Positions 36,055 through 48,361 of a stretch of 64,000 nucleotides of DNA are shown in pieces. Position numbers and translations under genes: made by a program. Below the pieces are notes generated by a model, which was given only the letters and a program-made list of their open reading frames with translations, ran no database searches and had not been told where the DNA came from. Origin of the DNA: Takakia lepidozioides (Eukaryota > Plantae > Bryophyta); contig CM060731.1 of NCBI GenBank assembly GCA_030704615.1, forward strand, positions 33,046,001-33,110,000. Reading direction: 5' to 3'. Each line of letters begins with the position of its first letter. The stretch's first letter is position 1.

Positions 36055-37859
36055 TGTGGATGGGATCTTAAATTAGTCTTCTCAAGTCAATATTCACATT
36101 TCTTCACAGCCAGTCATGGGCTGTGAAGATCCTGACCAAATGCAAGGCCCTGTGTCATCCTTCGTACAAGTCACCTCATGTGGGTTTGTAAATAAAGCTC
36201 CACAGGACTTCATCATGGTTCTAGCGATCATTGTCTGTCTCCAATTTGTGGCCATACCGGACAATTAAACTGTGTGATACTTTCCAAAACTACAGTGGTC
36301 GCGAGACAGTGGAGACCGGCTGTGGGTCCATGTGGTGGACCTGGAAATCTCAGCTCATAACAAACTCTTGGTCCTCAAGTTTGCTTGTGTGAAAGGGGGA
36401 TGTCTTTAAACCTACCATCGACAGATTGACAGATTTACTTGTCAAAACGTGTGTGCAACGAGCGAGCTACAGGGAGCTGGCTGGTCATTAACATAAGAGA
36501 TTTGGAGATACAAACTGGCAAGGCTTGCATGTAATTCCATGCCATTCCAGATTCTGGGTATTTCTTGCAGCACGCAGGATTTCGACCCCAGGCAAGGCCT
36601 TTCAACTGTCATACTCAGTATGCTCTCTGAATTCCAACACTGTGGATCAAAATACTGAATACTGGGACGAGCAAGCAAATCCTCAATGAGCGAGATTTGA
36701 ACGAGCACTGGGTTATAATACAACCACTAATCCCGCCAGCCATAGCTTCTCTATCTTTTTTTTTTTTTTTTTTTGAGCTTCTCTATCACAGACTAAGAAA
36801 ACTGGATTTGAAGACTGGAAAAACAAAAGAAAGTTGATATCTTATTCACACTGCTCCACAACAGTCCTTCCACACAGTCCTTTGCAGCAAACCGGCGTCG
36901 AGACGCTGCAAGGAAGTTAAACTGTTCCAGACACAGTCCATGTTATGAACCCTGGTTAATGGTTATGATCCAATAAGCCAGTGACAACTTGGTAGACCGG
37001 TGGTTACGTAGGCTGCCCTCTTAGTTATTTAGCAGTGGACCTCTTCATGGTTCTTTTCTCCACGGCTCCTCATTTTAATATGAGAACGGTTGATGGTCGT
37101 GGCTTGGTCATAGGAAGCTGCGCTTAAAACTCTGGCTCCTTAGCTGCACCCTGGTGGTTTTCACAGACCAATCCACAGTCTCCAGACTACAGGCATTAAT
37201 AGTTCACACAGCAGTCCTTTGGATTGAGGGGCAGTTGAATCCTCCTTGGGTGAAAGGAAAGCTAGCTGCTGCCATGGCACGAGGTCGGACAAAGTGTGGT
37301 GAGGGCACCTTCTTCTACCACACCTTTATGCATGTTTTGTCCTCTTATCAGACTCATCCCTACTGGGTTTTGGAAGTTAGCTTGTTGGATGTATCTAAGG
37401 TGGTTCAGCGAATTTTTGACATGTCACTGCCAGTGGAGTTGCAGACAAATGTTCGAAAACCGAAAATAGAGATGAGGGAAAGCTTTGGAAGGATTTTTCG
37501 AACCCCAGTGGGTGGTGGGACAATAGAGGCAGAAAGGTGAATGCCTGTCAAGTTACAACACAAGCAAAAGCACATACCATGATGCATCGAAAAAGGTTTC
37601 GTGCAAATTGTCATCCTCCCTCTCTCCCTAACACTTTTACACAGCAATTTAAGCATAAAAACTAGTGTGTGGGTGTTTGCTTAGCAAAATTTGGGATAGC
37701 TGAAGGAGGAAGGATGGAGTGTGGGTGCAGACGCATCTGGGAGCCAAGCTCAAGAGAACCAATGAGGCACTCTGGATTCACAACTACGAGAAACCTGTAT
37801 GGGTAGATGATCAACTGGTGGCAGCAGCGGTCCAGCTTACTGCATCAGACACCTCCACC

Positions 37860-40034
37860 ATGACCACTGCTTCTGAAAGAGGACCAAGAGGCGGAGTCCA
37901 CAAGATCTCCTCTGGCACCTGTGAGCATGTGAGGACACTATGTGAGGCAGGACAGCTGCAAGAGGCTCTGCTCGTCTTGAACGAAGGAGGCATTCCAGCA
38001 GACTCCAAAACTTATATCTGTCTCTTGCACAAGTGCATCAAGATGAAAGGCTTAGCAGCAGGAAAGCAGGTGCACACTCACATCATCCGAAGTGGATTTA
38101 AGCCAAATGTGTTTCTACACAACACCCTTGTCAACATGTATGTCAAGTGTGGGAGCATTGGAGATGCACACAGAGTGTTTGCCAACATGCCTGAACGAAA
38201 TTTGTTTTCATGGACTATAATGATGGCAGGATACACCAAGCATGGGTGTGGTAGGAATGCCTTGGAGACCTATGAGCAGATGATACGGGAAGGAGTGACA
38301 CCCGACCAGGTCACCTTCATTTGCGCTCTCAAAGCATGTGCCAGCCTGGCAGCCCTGGACAAGGGCAAAGAGGTCCATGTTGAGATCATGAAAGCTCGAA
38401 TAGTACCAAATATCATTTTGGACACTGCCCTTGTGGACATGTATGCCAAATGTGGGAGCATCAAGGATGCAAAGGGAGTCTTCGATGCCATGGTCAAACA
38501 AAATGTGGTCTCATGGAGTGCAATGATCACAGGATATACCCAGCATGGGAGGGGGATGGAGGCTTTGGAGACCTATGAGCAAATGATACACAAGGGTGTG
38601 AAGCCCGACCAGGTCACTTTCATTTGCATTCTCAAAGCATGTGCCAACCTGGCAGCCCTGGAAAAGGGCAAGCAGGTCCATGCTGACATCATGCAAGCTG
38701 GAATTGTACCAAATATCAATTTGGATACTACCCTCGTGGACATGTATGCCAAATGTGGGAGCATCAAGGATGCAAAGGGAGTGTTTGACAGTATGGCTAA
38801 ACGAGGTGTGGTTTCATGGAGTGCAATGATCGCAGGATATGCCCAGCATGGGTATGGGCTGGAGGCTTTGGAGATCTATGAGCAGATGATACGGGAAGGG
38901 GTGAAGCCCAACCAGGTCACTTTCGTTTGCATTTGCAATGCATGTGCCAGCCTGGCAGCCCTGGAAAAGGGCAAAGAGGTCCATGCTGACATCATGAAAG
39001 CTGGAATTGAGCCAAATATCATCTTGGACACTTCCCTCATTGACATGTATGCCAAATGCGGGAGTATCAAGGATGCAAAGGGAGTGTTTGACAACATGGC
39101 TGAACGAGATGTGGTGTCATCAAATGCAATGATCGCAGGATATGTTCAGCATGGTTATCACAGGGAGGCCCTGCAACTACTTGAAGAAATGCAAAAGGAA
39201 GGCTTGAAGCCGGACAATATCACCTTTATATGTGTTCTCTCTGCATGTAGCCATGGGTGCCTAGTTGTTGAAGGCAGACACTACATTGATTCCATGAGTG
39301 AAGACCATGGCCTCACTCCTACAGTGGAGCACTTCGGCTGCATGGTGGACCTTCTTGGTCGTGCAGGGCAATTGGATGAGGCAGAGGACTTCATTAACAA
39401 AATGCCAATCAAACCAGATGCTGTGGTGTGGAAGGCCTTGCTTGGTGCTTGCAGAATTTATGGCAATGTGGAGGTGGCAGAACGTGCAGCAAAATCTATT
39501 CTCCAGTGGGACCGACAGGACCCTGCGACTTATGTGTTGCTGTCAAACATCTATGCTGCAGCTGGCAGGTGGGATGATACTGCAAAGGTGAGAAAAATGA
39601 TGAAGGTCAGAGGTGTCAGGAAGGAGCCAGGTCGTTCCTGCATTGAGGTCGGGAACGGGGTGCACACATTTGTGGCCGATGACAAATTGCATCCGCAAAT
39701 TGAGGAAATCCATGCTGAGCTGAGAAGATTGTTTGGGCAGATGAGGAAGGCAGGGTATATGCCTGACACACGCCTTGTATTGCATGATGTGGAGGAGGAG
39801 CAAAAGGAAAGTTCTCTTTGCTACCATAGTGAGAAGCTGGCCATTGCTTTCGGGCTGATGAGCACAGCGCCTGGGATGCCTCTCCGTGTCATAAAGAACC
39901 TTCGGGTGTGTGGCGACTGCCACATGGCCACCAAGTTCATCTCAAAGATTGTTGGGCGATCAATTGTTGTACGGGATGCCAACCGCTTCCACCACTTCAA
40001 AGACGGGGTTTGTTCTTGTGGGGAGTACTGGTGA
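37860..40034 (+). CDS. PLS-class PPR protein with E1-E2-DYW deaminase domain ending EYW (organellar C-to-U editing factor); start uncertain
   Basis: Intronless P-L-S triplets, KEPGRSCIEV, GYMPDT, HSEKLA, CGDCH, RFHHFKDGVCSCGEYW*. First in-frame ATG is at 37860. Confidence 0.95.
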   Translation: MTTASERGPRGGVHKISSGTCEHVRTLCEAGQLQEALLVLNEGGIPADSKTYICLLHKCIKMKGLAAGKQVHTHIIRSGFKPNVFLHNTLVNMYVKCGSIGDAHRVFANMPERNLFSWTIMMAGYTKHGCGRNALETYEQMIREGVTPDQVTFICALKACASLAALDKGKEVHVEIMKARIVPNIILDTALVDMYAKCGSIKDAKGVFDAMVKQNVVSWSAMITGYTQHGRGMEALETYEQMIHKGVKPDQVTFICILKACANLAALEKGKQVHADIMQAGIVPNINLDTTLVDMYAKCGSIKDAKGVFDSMAKRGVVSWSAMIAGYAQHGYGLEALEIYEQMIREGVKPNQVTFVCICNACASLAALEKGKEVHADIMKAGIEPNIILDTSLIDMYAKCGSIKDAKGVFDNMAERDVVSSNAMIAGYVQHGYHREALQLLEEMQKEGLKPDNITFICVLSACSHGCLVVEGRHYIDSMSEDHGLTPTVEHFGCMVDLLGRAGQLDEAEDFINKMPIKPDAVVWKALLGACRIYGNVEVAERAAKSILQWDRQDPATYVLLSNIYAAAGRWDDTAKVRKMMKVRGVRKEPGRSCIEVGNGVHTFVADDKLHPQIEEIHAELRRLFGQMRKAGYMPDTRLVLHDVEEEQKESSLCYHSEKLAIAFGLMSTAPGMPLRVIKNLRVCGDCHMATKFISKIVGRSIVVRDANRFHHFKDGVCSCGEYW

Positions 40035-40156
40035 AACAATGTTCTGCTTGTAAGCCTAAGTGCCTTGCTCCATTTGTTCAAACTGTGCAGTGACAGGAGG
40101 TGTTCAAAGCGTCTTAAAATCAGGAGGCCATGCATGTTTTTATGGTTACATGGCAG

Positions 40157-40275
40157 TTTGTGGATAAAAGCATAGATTGGGCTCAGTTGGATATTGGAGG
40201 GTATGTCGGGAATCAGAAGACTGGCACATCAACTGGCTTTCCTGTGAGGCCACTGGTTAAGTGGATTGAATCTCA
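40157..40275 (+). pseudogene. Orphan exon resembling the C-terminus of M17 leucyl aminopeptidase
   Basis: After a CAG acceptor: FVDKSIDWAQLDIGGYVGNQKTGTSTGFPVRPLVKWIE, resembling the plant LAP ending FVxxxxxWxHxDxAGP...TGFGVxTLVEW. Confidence 0.6.
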
Positions 40276-40289
40276 GTCAGTGGGGGATT

Positions 40290-40530
40290 GGGCTGATGAG
40301 GAAGGTGATACTGGCAATGGCAATGCAGATGATTCTGCCCCCCCAGATGATGATACTGCCACCGGAGATGATACCCTCAAAGTAGATGATGATACTGATG
40401 ACGATACTGGCAGTGGAGATGATACTTGCCCCCGTGATCATGATACTGCCAATGGAGGGATACTTGCCCCTGAGATGATGACACTGTCAACGAAGATGTT
40501 TTTGTCAACGGACATGATACTGTCAACAGA
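40290..40530 (+). repeat. Low-complexity GATGATACTG-type repeats (Asp-rich when translated)
   Basis: Repeated GATGATAC(T/C) units; ORF reads DDDTATGDDTLKVDDDTDDDTGSGDDT. Confidence 0.75.
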
Positions 40531-41025
40531 TATTAACGTCCAGAGATAGTACAAAATGTATTCAGTCTAAGAGAATCAACCCCAACTTGGGGCTATAGCA
40601 GCTTCACCACACACTACACAAATCTATTCAATCACATCTCTAGTGCCCACCCACCAATCAAACAATCAAGAGTGCTATGATTCACTCAGGGACAGGTGCT
40701 CTTATGTGGGGGAGTATACACACATATCAGCAATAAAAGCGTCACATTGTTGAAGCAACAGTAGTGTGTCACCAGGAAGTGTATAGGGTAGCATTCAGAG
40801 ACTCTGGTGCTGCAATTCAACCTCGCACCCCTGGGAATTTGTTGATGTAAGGCAGGATGGTATGTAAGGTGGACATTCTGAGGATAACTGAGGGGGGTCT
40901 GTGTTTCCACTACAATTTTTCAGTATGCCGCTCAGGTACTTTCTTCAAAAAATTTCCCTTGGTTGTTAATGAGGGCACAAAGATCTATAGAGTGTTGTCA
41001 TGCATGCCATTGTGCATCTCTTTGA

Positions 41026-42948
41026 AATGATCCCCTTTCGCTGGCGACAGGGGGTCATTGTCAATCTATACAAGAAGGGTGACAGAGAAGAACTGGGGAA
41101 CTACCGTGGCATCACGCTCCTCAATGCTGTTGGCAAGACATTCTGCAGAGTTATAAGTACTCGTCTCGAGGTTGATCTGGAGTCTAGAGGTTGTTTCCAC
41201 GAAGGCCAAGCTGGCTTTCGGCGAAACAGGGGCTGTGTGGATCATATCTTCACTCTAAGCCAGATTATCCAGGGAAGGAAAAAAGAAGGGAAACTTATGT
41301 CTTTTTCCTGGATGTCAAAAAGGCTTATGACACAGTGTGGAGAGATGGCCTATGGTTCCGCCTCTGGTCTTGTGGGATCAAGGGAAAGATGTGGAGAGTT
41401 GTCCACAACTTGTATGCTCACACCAAAAGCTGTGTCACTGTTAACAGACAGAAGTCCAACTTCTTTGACATAGAACAAGGTGTAGCTCAAGGTTGTACTC
41501 TCTCCCCTCTGCTCTTCAATGTTTTCATCAATCAACTCCTCGAGGATGTGGAAAGTGAGGGATTTGGGTTAAGGGTGGGTGATACCACCATACCAGCCCT
41601 TATGTTTGCGGATGAGTTCGCAGGCATAGGGGAGACTCCAACCAATCTCCAGGAGTTGATTGATTGCGCGAAGAGATACTTTGATCTTTGGGGGCTAGAG
41701 GCTAATGTCAGCAAATGTGCAGTGGTAGCATTCAACGACAGAGGAGAGGGAGGAAGTGATCTTAAGTGGCAGTGGGGTAGCCAAGAGATCCCGGTCCTCC
41801 CTTCCTACACTTACCTGGGCGTTGAGTTCTCCTCCAATTGTAATTGGGATGCACATATCCGGAAAGTTGTTCAAACTGGCAAGGCAAAGCTCTGGGGCTC
41901 ACTAAATTTTTCCACTGCAGAGGGGTCAACTCTGAGGTTAAGAAAACCATGCTTTGTCGCGTTATTAGACCTGCCTTGGAGTACGGATCTGCTATATGGG
42001 TTGATAACTCCAACCAGCTAAGTCTCTAGAATCCATTCAAGTGGGGGTGCTTAAGGAGTGTATGTCAGCATGCTCCAAAACAGCAATGTGGCTGTTCGGG
42101 GTGAGTTTGGCATTCCATCCTTAAGCTCCCGACGAGATGAATTCAGGTCAGATGGTGGAGTCAGCTGCAACATATGCCCAACACCAGATATCCTAAGTTA
42201 ATCGACTCTATATCTTGGAAACAGGACCGCCCTGTCAAACAGGCTAAGTCCTGGCAGAAGAGAGTAGAAGAGATTCTCAAGGATCTGGACCTGGATCCGC
42301 AAGTCTTGACCCTGCTGGATATATCTGACTTAGAGGCTGTAGTGTCCTCAGCCATGTCTGTTGCCATGAGATTGTCTGATGAAAATGAAGTTAGGCAGAA
42401 ACTTCCCTGAACTTGTTTCGTCTGTGACATGGGGGAGGACATCTTGGATGACCTCAAGGGTCTACCCACTCTCGGCACTAGACTGAAATTTAAACTCAGG
42501 GCAGGAAGCCTACCTTTGAACAGCAAAACAGAAGCAGAGAGGAAAGGGAGAGTGCAATTGCCCGTGTGTGGGGCAATCTGAAGACAGTATTCATTTTCTG
42601 ATACACTGTCCGGGGTTCTCTCACCAAAGAGACGCTCTCTTCAAATCTATTAAGGGAATTGTGCCTGTACCCCTGTTCACCAACTTTGAAAGTCTCGAGG
42701 CTGAGCCAAAAGCCCAGGCCCTCCTGAGGCCTAGTTTTTGGGCAAATCACACACAGCAGATTGATGCTTGTGTGAAGGGATTTCTAGAGGATATCTGGAA
42801 AACCCGGATTAATTCTTTATATGGAGATAAGTCTTACTACCAACGTCAGCCCCTGACAGAGGTAGGTTCTGTCCCTTTTGTTCCCGCTCAAACTGGGCGC
42901 GGGGTCAATGGCCACAAGGCTACGGCAAACAACGTCTTATGAGTACAA
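41026..42948 (+). mobile_element. 5'-truncated, decayed non-LTR retrotransposon (RT + C-terminal Zn knuckle)
   Basis: NYRGITLL, QAGFR, FLDVKKAYDTVWR, GVAQGCTLSPLLFN, FADE (at the YADD position), YLGV, CPVC...HFLIHC. Several frameshifts. Candidate 7-bp TSD TCTTTGA (41019-41025 and 42949-42955). Confidence 0.9.
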
Positions 42949-43873
42949 TCTTTGACAGACGTTTTGACAGGCATGCATATTTAGGAGAACAAAAACCTTT
43001 GGACCCTACTTTTTGATTATTTTATGTGTTGCATGTGTGTACATGTACACTTGTACTGGTCACGTTGGTGGCTAGTCATCAGTTAGCCCAAATTCTGAGG
43101 AGTGTCTTGTTTCCCCTCAAGTGGTATTGTCAATCACCGTTCCCTAGTCATATGGGAATGAGTGATAGCACAACACAAACTCAGCAGTGTATGCAAATTT
43201 CTTGCACAAAATCAAGATAAGACCCGAATGGAAATAAAAGCGGAGTGAGGAGAGAGAACAACAGCAAAGATATCTATTTATTTTTCGTTTCGACTTTTCA
43301 TCTCCTACACACCTTCGACGGAAATAATATTTGTGAAATCTGAGGCTCTACATGTGGTAACCAAACTCCTGATGGGGCTCTTCACTACATTTCCTAAAGA
43401 TGTTCGGAAACCACGAGCTAATCAAATCCTGTGAGCCAATGCACAGGCACCACTGCACTGTTTGGTCTTTTCCCAGGCCTCACCAAACCTTTTCATGTGC
43501 ACTTCTATTATAGCTAACTACGTGGGCTCTTATTATCCACTCAGCGTGTATTAGGATCTTGAAGAGGATTCCAAAAAATTCTTGAGAAAACAAATTGTGT
43601 TCTGGGGAGACTGCTGAAAAAGCCAGACTTTCCTCCATTTTCTCCCTGGGTGCGAGTAGAAGAAAGCAAACATCAGTGTATACACAATTGGATAATGTTA
43701 ACTTTTTGTGGAAGCCTTATTTTCCAAAATTGACTGCCTCCACTGCAACTTCCTGGATCGTGTATTGGAACTACTGCACACTCTGGTTTCTTGCAACCCT
43801 CATACTAGTGTTGATACTGATAATCTTGACAGTTGCAGATGCCCAAAAAACGCCAACCAATGTGACCAAAACT

Positions 43874-46800
43874 TCATTGACCACACATTGTGGGGTTATT
43901 CTCATTCCCGCTCTTCCTCAGCCACACTGAATCGGCAACCTCCCCAGTGATACTCTCTCCTGCTTCAGCAACATCAGAAGCAGCTAAGAAAGTGGGCCCC
44001 CATGTAGGCGTGCCATTTTCATAGGCATTGTGGGTGAGCCGTTGCATCTCAGTTCCGTCAGCTTTGCTCACAAAAATCTCACCGTATGGCTGAAATTGGT
44101 GGGGCATTGAGATAGGTTCAGCAGACAGTCCTGCAAGGTCTGATGTGAAGACAATGCTTTTCGAGTCGGGACTAAACCAGGGGTGATTCACACGGCCCTC
44201 ATCACCACCAAGGACCCTATGCAGTCCCGTCCCATCAGGATGAACATAGTAGAGAGCAAAGTTGCCTTCACCTGCAAGGGGCATCTGGACTTTGAGTGCA
44301 TAATACTTCTCAAAATCTCTCTCTTCCAAACTAAGTGCAGGGTCTATTGCCACAAGGCTACAGCAAACAACGTCTTGAGAGTACATTCTCTCTCTCTCTC
44401 TCTCTAAATCTGTTCTACCCAAACTGGGTGTGGGTTCTATGGCCACAAGGCTGGCAAACATCTTACGCGTACATTCTCTCGCGTGTCCCTTTGACCTTTT
44501 GGCCGGCATCCCTCAGTTGTAAGAAACTTTGCTCTCACTCTCTGACACGTCTGACAAATTCTGCGTCCTCCCTCTTGCCGGAGAGTCAAGATTCTAATGC
44601 CTTAAACTGGACAATCAAGTAATTCACAAGTTTCAGAATCTCAGCCGCATTACAATCTTGTGGAAAGCATATATCCATACTCACAGCTTGACGAATCAAA
44701 GCCACCGGACATTTTCTTTTACTAAAATCTTTGGTTTGGCAATGAGTCATGAAGCTGCCCATCCGACTGGACACGAAATCTCCCCTAGGTAATTCTATCA
44801 TTGCTGAACACAAGAGATAGAATATCCCCCCACCTGGTGGTGTCCCCCCAACGTGATTGTGTCTGTCAGAACAAAATGCAATCCAGCGATTATCAGGTGA
44901 CCAGTTGGGCATGGTATCTGACCAAGCCCCTTCTGTCAATTGTCGCAGGTATTTCCCCTCTCCTTCAGCAGCATCCATGATGTACAGGTTTTTACGCCCT
45001 GAACGGCCAGATCGGAAGACAATAAACTTGCCATCAGGTGAAAGAGCTGGAAATGCGTTGTTCAAGGTGCCTTCCTTGGTTAATGTCTTCACAGTGGACC
45101 TGCTGTCATTGGCCTCGTGATCAGCAACCTCTGCATTGTTGATGGCAATTATGTGTACAGTCTTGTCCTCTGAAGCAAAAAAGGGACCACAGCTTGTGTA
45201 AAGTACACCCTTCTTTACCGGGTCCCACACAATTCCAAATACCTGTGCATCAAAGACTTTTCTTTTGCCTGTTCCATCCAGCTTCATCACATAGATGCCA
45301 GGGCTCAACCTTTCCCTCACAGGAACATAAGCTATCAGAGAACCATCTGGAGAGATTGCAGGGAATGCACCACACACATGAAGAAGAGATACATGTGATA
45401 GTGGTGACCATATGAACTCCACATAAGGTTGTTGATAGGGAGTGGAAGGTACACCCCTCTTAATCTCACTTGACTCCCTAATCTGTCGGCATCTGTGGTA
45501 CCCTACTCTCTCCGAGTTTGGAAAGACAAGGGGTTTAAGTGGTGTGCATGGGAAGTGACCAGCTCTGTGAGCTTGGTAAAATTCTTGCTCTCCAGATCAA
45601 AAATCTCAATATGGCGGAAATCGAAGTTGGGACGACGAGTAGCGACAGCAATCCATCTGCCTGTTCGCGAAGCTGCTGGCGTGAAGGCATGTAAGCCTGG
45701 TGGTGTGACCCTCTCAGCTCCGCTGGGACCTACAATACAGCAATCCATTTCAATACCTACTTGTAAGACTGGGTTTGCAGTGTGCTCGACGTTTCAAAGC
45801 AATGTTTCTTCAATTCAATCCTCATAAGTTCAAACACTTGCAAACCTTCTGCAGAGAGAGTGACTTTGAAGATGCTCACACACCATCGTCAGCTAGCCTG
45901 TGGAAATAGACAGTGGCGTCATCCGCCCAGGAAGGCCAACCGCCATTTTTCACCACCAAGCGCCGCTGCGAGCCATCGATGGCGCTCAGCATGTAGAGAT
46001 CAAGACACAGACTTTCAATCTCTCCTTTCCAGCCCCGTCCTTGATTGGATGCTACCATCACCAACTTACCTGCAAGACATTTCCCAAACTTGATCTGGCT
46101 TCAATGGAACATGGTCTGACTTTCCTCTAGCGGTAAGCCCTCCCACAATTATGAGGGTACCTGCGACAAACACATAAAAGAAAGGATTCTACCCTGTACT
46201 GTTAGGACTTGATGGGTGGCCATATGGCATATGATGTATGAGCAACTCTCCCCGTCAGGGGGTCAAGGTATATAATTTACTGTATGCGGAAAGCCCTGTT
46301 GTCTATGCTTTGAAGAGGCACTTCTCTGCACCACCCTCAATTCATTTAGCAACATTTGCAGCCTTCAACCATATACACACATGCTTACCTGAGGGTGAAA
46401 CAGAAGGATGAAGTCCGTCACTCCCTGTGGTGTGAGTCGATTTGTAACTCCCGTCTTGAGATCAGTAGCAAATACTGCATTCCAACTTTGCCGAGGACTG
46501 CCCAAAGCATCCTGTGAAGACACATACACCACTCTGCCCCCCGCTACAGAGGGCCGGTCCCTGAGGCATACTTTTGGGGTCCTAAAGAGAGCCCCCAACT
46601 GAATGGGTGTTGTCCCTGTCTCTTCAACACCTGTGAGGCAGCGGGAAGAAGTACAACTGCTGTAAATTAAATAGATGTAGATGTCTTGACACAGCAAAGA
46701 GCAGAAAGTTTCACTAATAGATCGAACTATAATTGGTCTACTAAAGATCCGCAGAGGGATTAAGCAGAATTGGTAGTTTCGACAAGTGGGATTGTGGAAA

Positions 46801-47343
46801 GGCATCTCAGTATCACGAGAACCTGTTGCTCCTCTTCAAGAATTGTTTTTTGTAGACGAGACCTTCCCGCAGGGAAGGTACGAAAATGACAAATTTAGTA
46901 ACAGAACTCAACCGGGAGAAACATGCATAGAATTGCTACTCACAAATCGCTTACGCACAAAACTACGACCCACCCTTAGCCGCCGCGAAGCTGAAGTACA
47001 CATCAGGAATTCCAGTGTTCTCCGAAACATGGGCAAGCAAATCTCCACTGGCACTCCCCAAGCTTGCTGCCACTTTCAAGCCCTGGCCCTTCAAATGCTC
47101 CAGGACCGCCGCCCTCTGCGACTCTTCCACCAAATGTGCATTGTAGTTCAGCCCCTTGCCGTCTGTGGGGCGGGTTTCTTGGGGGTGGTCGAAAGCGGAA
47201 TCATGGAGAGACAGACGATTAAGGGACAATGAATCAATAGAGGCAGGTACAGTGAGAGAATAGATATCGAATGCATAGGTTGCGCGTCCCAGAGAGAAAT
47301 ATGCAATTGTCCCTTCCACTTTCCGCAGTTGGGTGTCCTCCAT
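43874..47343 (-). pseudogene. TolB-like / DPP6-N PD40 beta-propeller protein gene with at least three 1-bp deletions
   Basis: GTIAYFSLGRATYAFDIY, NGGWPSWADD, VTPPGLHAFTPA, FPALSPDGK, DTMPNWSPD, NHPWFSPDSK, HQFQPYGEIF. The frame must be corrected at ~46408, ~45880 and ~45529. Confidence 0.85.
44328..44478 (+). mobile_element. Two ~60-bp copies of the LINE 3' terminus, each followed by (TC)n, inside the last intron of the TolB-like gene
   Basis: AAACT...GCCACAAGGCT(AC)(A/G)GCAAACA...GTACA at 44328-44386 and 44421-44473 matches 42890-42947. Confidence 0.8.
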
Positions 47344-48209
47344 GGTGTCCAACCAGCCACGTTCAGAAGCTCATCCCTCAGCTGGACAGTGACTTCTACC
47401 CACTTCTAGTCTCAAAGAGATGTAATCCACTGCACCGTGCCACTCACCTCCGACTCCACCGCTGCATCTGATCAGAATGCAGCTTGGAAACAGACCCCCC
47501 TACCGAGACTACCGGCAGTTTACTTATTTGCCGCCTGGCACCACAATTCTGTGGCTGCAGGCGATCAACCACACGACACACGACAGAGCTAGAATTCAGC
47601 TACGAAGAAGTCGCTATGCTTCGATTTGGCAACGCGCGTCCTCTATTTCCTGAGCAGCTAACAACTGCGAGACAGCTCTGCTGCAGACAATCTGAATGGC
47701 CCTTGTCAACAACAGTATCGAAACTGTTACACACACTTGTACTGCGAAATGTTAGTGCTTCCAACTACGTTTGGCTGCAAAGTCCTACTTCACGAGAGTA
47801 TGAGTAGAGCTGCAGAGCTGCATCGCCGCAGGGTGCTTTATAACTTAGCACTAGAGCCCAATTGGAAATTCATATTCAAGTGGCAGCAACTGATTTGTCA
47901 GCTTTGTCGGTGTGGGTTTTGGAGGCTTTACTATGGAGACCATGAAACAAGATCATTTTAGTCACTAGTTTTAGCTGCCAGGCCCCCCCTCTTCCAAATC
48001 GGAACGGGTGTTCCATATAAACCAAAGAACCACCCAATTCACTGCCAACACTCATTTTGTCCTGCTCACGCCAAACCAGCCCAGAGTCTGAGCTCCAGCT
48101 TCATTTTTACATTTTCCAGCTCCCAGTTCCAGTTTCAATTTTTCCACCTTGGGCGGTCTCCGCATGTCCCGTTTTATTGGTTTCAGTTGTGCACTTTTTC
48201 CAACAGACC

Positions 48210-48361
48210 AAAAATATCCAAATCAAATTGAATTATTTTTTAAGTGCAGTGTTTCTTCAATAGAAGCAGTGTGCAGAAACTGACAAAAAATATCCAAATC
48301 AAATTGAATTATTTTTATAAGTAGCAGTGTTCTTCAATAGAAGCAGTGTTGAGAAACTGAC
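48210..48361 (+). repeat. ~76-bp tandem duplication
   Basis: AAAAATATCCAAATCAAATTGAATTATTTT...AGAAACTGAC occurs twice. Confidence 0.9.
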
